Assembly: GCA_965649115.1 (NCBI GenBank)
Contig: CBFGJN010000006.1
Span: 1-50,086, forward strand
Length of the DNA: 50,086 nucleotides
Origin: a candidate division WOR-3 bacterium
Lineage (GTDB): Bacteria; Hydrothermota; Hydrothermia; LBFQ01; DSFT01
Direction of reading: 5' to 3'
Shown here: positions 49,961-50,086 of the stretch, one piece after another
How the letters are laid out: every line of letters begins with the position of its first letter
Numbering within the stretch: position 1 is the first letter of the stretch
Made by a program: the position numbers and the translations under genes
The notes under the pieces: model-generated
The model's database searches: none
What the model saw: only the letters and a program-made list of their open reading frames with translations
What the model was told of the DNA's origin: nothing

Positions 49961-50086
49961 TGCTTTGTCCAATAAATAATGTCAAGGGGGGTTTAGGGGT
50001 TAAGAATTTAGGATTTAAAATTTTGGAATGGGGAAGGTAAATTGGCAAGAATATAACAAGGAATTGGTAAGGAGGGGTGAAATATG
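49961..50086 (+). mobile_element. Left end of an IS5-family (IS903 group) insertion sequence
   Basis: TIR TGCTTTGTCCAATAAATA followed by a promoter motif and a transposase start. Confidence 0.8.
50028..50086 (+). CDS. IS903-group transposase N-terminus (runs off the window)
   Basis: MGKVNWQEYNKELVRRGEI matches the NWxxYNxxLxxRG signature; TAAAAT 6 nt upstream. Confidence 0.8.
   Translation, partial: MGKVNWQEYNKELVRRGEI

Overview
AT-rich, gene-dense chromosome segment from a diderm bacterium. The T9SS-like C-termini and compact layout suggest an FCB-related lineage such as WOR-3, but this is inference only. It holds about 45 mostly housekeeping CDSs in functionally mixed operons and three CCA-less tRNAs (Thr-CGT, Arg-CCG, Arg-ACG). 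It also has a DarT-macrodomain fusion, a type II R-M pair and a damaged ABC exporter operon. The most unusual signals are non-coding. (1) Almost every transcription unit starts with a CTTTA(A/T)AATTT -10-like motif 6-11 nt before the start codon or tRNA, implying largely leaderless transcripts. (2) A family of IS903-like (IS5 family) MITEs with 9-bp target duplications has one end 21-23 bp upstream of that -10 hexamer in ten cases. They are almost always in the same orientation and stack into tandem arrays. The start of the probable master transposase is at the window's right edge. (3) tRNAs abut or overlap flanking start and stop codons, as in mitochondrial tRNA punctuation. (4) Exported proteins have only 6-9-residue N-terminal hydrophobic leaders with no basic n-region.
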